From contig JASTWF010000035.1 in assembly GCA_030390025.1 (NCBI GenBank), positions 3,782,001-3,846,000 of the forward strand: DNA of 64,000 bases. The letters are read 5' to 3'. A program made the position numbers and the translations under genes. Source of the DNA: Squalus acanthias. Its lineage: Eukaryota. The notes under the pieces were generated by a model. It searched no databases, had not been told where the DNA came from, and was given only the letters and a program-made list of their open reading frames with translations. Of the stretch, positions 60,594 to 64,000 are shown piece after piece (position 1 is the first letter of the stretch; every line of letters begins with the position of its first letter).

Positions 60594-63500
60594 TCATCTC
60601 TGTCTTAAATGGACGACCCCTTATTTTTAAACAGTGACCCCTAGTTCTAGATTCTCCCACAAGAGGAAACATCCTCTCCACATCCACCCTGTGAAGACCC
60701 CTCAGAATCGTGTATGTTTCAATCAAGTCACCTCTTACTCTTCTAAACTCCAGCGGATCCAACCGAGCCTGTCCAACCTTTCCTCATAAGACAACCCACC
60801 CATTCCAGGTATTCATATAGTAAACCTTCTCTGAACTGCTTCCAATGCATTTACATCCTTAAATAAGGAGACCAATACTGTACACAGTACTCCAGATGTG
60901 GTCTCACCAATGCCCTGTATAACTGATAGACAGATTTTTGAACGATAAGGGAGTCAAGGGTTATGGGGAGCGGGCAGGGAAATGGAGTTGAGGCCCAGAT
61001 CAGATCAGCCATGATCTTATTAAATGGCGGCGCAGGCTCGAGGGGCCAAATGACCTACTCCTGCTCCTACGTCTTATGTTCTTATGAAGCATAACCTCCC
61101 TACCTTTGTATTCAATTCCCCTCGCAATAAACAATAACATTCTATTAGCTTTCCTAATTATTGCTGTACCTGCATACTAACCTTTTGCGATTCATGCACT
61201 AGGACACCCAGATCCCTCTGCATCTCAGAGCTCTGCAATCTCTCACCATTTAGATAATATGCTTCTTTTTTATTCTTCCTGCCAAAATGGACAATTTTAC
61301 ATTTTCCCACGTTATACTCCATTTGCCAGATCTTTGCCCACTCACTTAACCTATCTATATCCCTTTGTAGCCTCCTTATGTCCTCTTCACAATTTACTTT
61401 CCTACCTATCCTTGTGTCATCAGCAAATTTAGCAACCATACCTTCATCCAAGTCATTTATATAAATAGTAAAAAGTTGAGGCCCCAGCACTGATCCCTGT
61501 GGCACACCACTCGTTACATCTTGCCAACCAGAAAATGACCCATTTATGTCTACTCTCTGTTTCCTGTTAGCTAGACAATCTTCTATCCATGCCAATATGT
61601 TGCCCCCTACACCATGAGCTTTTATTTTCTGCAATAACCTTTGATGTGGCACCTTATCAAATGCCTTCTGGAAATCTAAGTACAGTACATCCACTGGTTC
61701 CCCTTTATCCACAGCACATGTTACTTTCTCAAAAAACTCCAATAAATTGGTTAAACATGATTTCCCTTTCACAAAACCGTGTTGACTCTGCCTGATTACT
61801 TTGAACTTTTCTAAGTGCCCTGCTATGACGTCTTTAATAATAGCTTCTAACATCTTCCCTATGACAGATGTTAAGCTAACTGGCTTGTAGTTTCCTGCTT
61901 TCTGTCTCCCTCTTTTTGAATAAAGGAGTTACATTCACTATTTTCTAATCTAATGGAACCTTCCCCGAATCTAGGGAATTTTGGAAAATTAAAACCAACG
62001 CATCAACTATCTCACTAGCCACTTCTTTTAAGACCCTAGGATGAAGTCCATCAGGATCTGGGGACTTGTCAGCCCGCAGCTCCAACAATTTGCTTAGTAC
62101 CACTTCCCTGGTGATTGTAATTTTCTTGAGTTCCTCCCTCCCTTCCATTTCCTGATTTACAGCTATTTCTGGGATGTTACTTGTATCCTCTATAGTGAAG
62201 ACCGATGCAAAATACCTGTTCAATTCAACTGCCATCTCCTTATTTTCCTTTATTAATTCCCCAGACTCACTTTCTATAGGACCAACGCTCACTTTGTTAA
62301 CTCTTTTCTTTTTTAAATATCTATAGAAACTCTTACTATCTGTTTTTATATTTCTAGCTAGCTTTCTCTCGTACTCTAATTTTTCTCTCCTTAGTAATCT
62401 TTTAGTCATTCTTTGCTGTTTTTTATATTCTGTCCAATCTTCTGACCTGCCACCCATCTTTGCGCAATTATATGCTTTTTCTTTAAGTTTGATACGATGT
62501 TTAACTTTTTTAGTTAACCATGGATGGTGGGTCCTCCCCTTGGAATTTTTCATTCTCGTTGGAGTGTACATATTCTGTGTATTGTGAAATATCCCCTTAA
62601 ATGTCTGCCACTGCAACTCTATTGACCTATCCCTTAACCTAATTTGACTGTTCACTTTAGCTAGCTCTGCTTTCATGCCCTCATAATTGCCCTTATTTAA
62701 GTTTAAAATACTAGTCTTGGACCCACTCTTCTCTCCCTCAAACTGAATGTAAAATTCAATCATATTATGATCGCTGCTACCTAGGGCGCCTTCACTATGA
62801 GGTCATTAATTAATCCTATCTCGTTGCACAATACCAGGTCTAGTATAGCCTGCTCTCTGGTTGGCTCCAGAACGTGCTGTTCTAAGAAACTATCCCGAAA
62901 ACATTCTATGAACTCCTCATCTAGGCTACCTTTGCCCATCTGATTTTTCCAGTCTATATGTAGATTAAAATCCCCCATTGCCGTACCTTTCTGACAAGCT
63001 CCCATTATTTCTTCCTTTATACTCCATCCTACCGTGTGGTTACTGTTAGGGGGCCTGTACACCACTCCCACAAGTGACATCTTGCCTTTATCATTTCTCA
63101 TCTCTACCCAAACCGCTTCTACATCCTGGTTTCCTGAACTTTGGTCATCCCTCTCTATTGTGCTAATACCATCATTAATTAACAGAGCCACCCCTCCACC
63201 TTTTCCTAGCTTCTTGTCCTTCCTAAATGTCATGTACCCTTCAATATTCAGGTCCCAATCTATGTCATCCTGCAGCCATGTTTCTGTAATGGGTATCAGA
63301 TCGTACTTATTTATTTCTATTTTCGCTATCAGTTCATCTGTTTTGTTTCGAATGCTACGTGTATTCAGATGCAGAGCCTTTAGTTTTGTCCTCTTATTAT
63401 TTTTGTAACCTCTAGCCTTAACTGTTGATTTACTCTTAGATTTGTACTCTCTATCCCTTCCTGTCACGGTCTGTTTATCATTTCCCATATTAATACCTTT

Positions 63501-63716
63501 CTCTCTTGCCTTGTCTCTACTCTTTGATTGACCACATCTTCCCAAATTTGATCCCTTGCCCCCACTATTTAGTTTAAAGCCGTCTCTACCGCCCTAGTTA
63601 TATGACTCGCCAGAACACTGGTCCCAGCACGGTTCATGTGAAGACCGTCCCACTTTCCCCAGTACTGGTGCCAGTGCCCCAGGAATCGAAACCAATTTCT
63701 CCCACACCAGTCTTTG
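60594..63716 (-). mobile_element. Decayed CR1 (ORF1 end, APE, RT) with a nested CR1 3' tip at 60926-61086 (+)
   Basis: ORFs 62781-63545, 61945-62763 and 61158-61853 (KFADDT). Confidence 0.9.
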
Positions 63717-63719
63717 AGT

Positions 63720-64000
63720 TAATGTGCATAGGTCCCTGAAGGTGGCAGGACATATTGAGAGGGTGGTTAGCAAAGCATATGGGATCTTGGGCTTCATAAA
63801 TAGAGGTATTGAGTACAAAAGTAGAGAGGTTATGCTGAAACTTTATAAAATGCTGGTTAGGCCACAACTGGAGTATTGCATCCAGTTCTGATCACCACAC
63901 TTTAGGAAGGATGTGAAGGCCCTTGAGAGGGTGCAGAGGAGAATTACCAGAATGGTTCCAGGGATGGGGGATCTTAGCTACAAGGACAGGTTGGAGAAGC
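63720..64000 (+). mobile_element. CR1 ORF2 C-terminal fragment cut by the window end
   Basis: VHRSLKVAGHIERVVSKAYGILGFINRG; similar to the reverse complement of 36750-37030. Confidence 0.85.

Overview
Eukaryotic DNA from a vertebrate, probably a cartilaginous fish (inferred from the repeat landscape). The only host gene I can support is FBXO41 (+ strand): its penultimate coding exon lies at 7342-7457 and its terminal coding exon at 50155-50217, separated by a ~42.7-kb intron. The window opens inside a ~7.1-kb array of a 30-bp minisatellite in the preceding intron. The large intron consists almost entirely of nested transposons: many CR1 LINEs, a second CR1/L2-group LINE family, L2, RTE/BovB-like and Harbinger-like TIR elements. 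It also holds a very recent 6405-bp tandem duplication whose breakpoint falls at homologous positions of two CR1 copies; only one duplicate carries a young CR1 insertion. The most striking small-scale feature is two short fold-back elements (13327-13683 and 45254-45463) with target-site duplications. Each carries a minimal type-I hammerhead-ribozyme core, as known from Penelope-like retroelements. Downstream lie a probable long 3' UTR with two minisatellites, a SINE sharing its tail with a LINE in the window, a decayed Harbinger Myb/SANT gene and a CR1 with ORF1 and endonuclease. Family assignments come from motif recognition, not database searches, and most TE boundaries are approximate. I see no prokaryotic-type system, and the hammerhead/Penelope link itself is already known.
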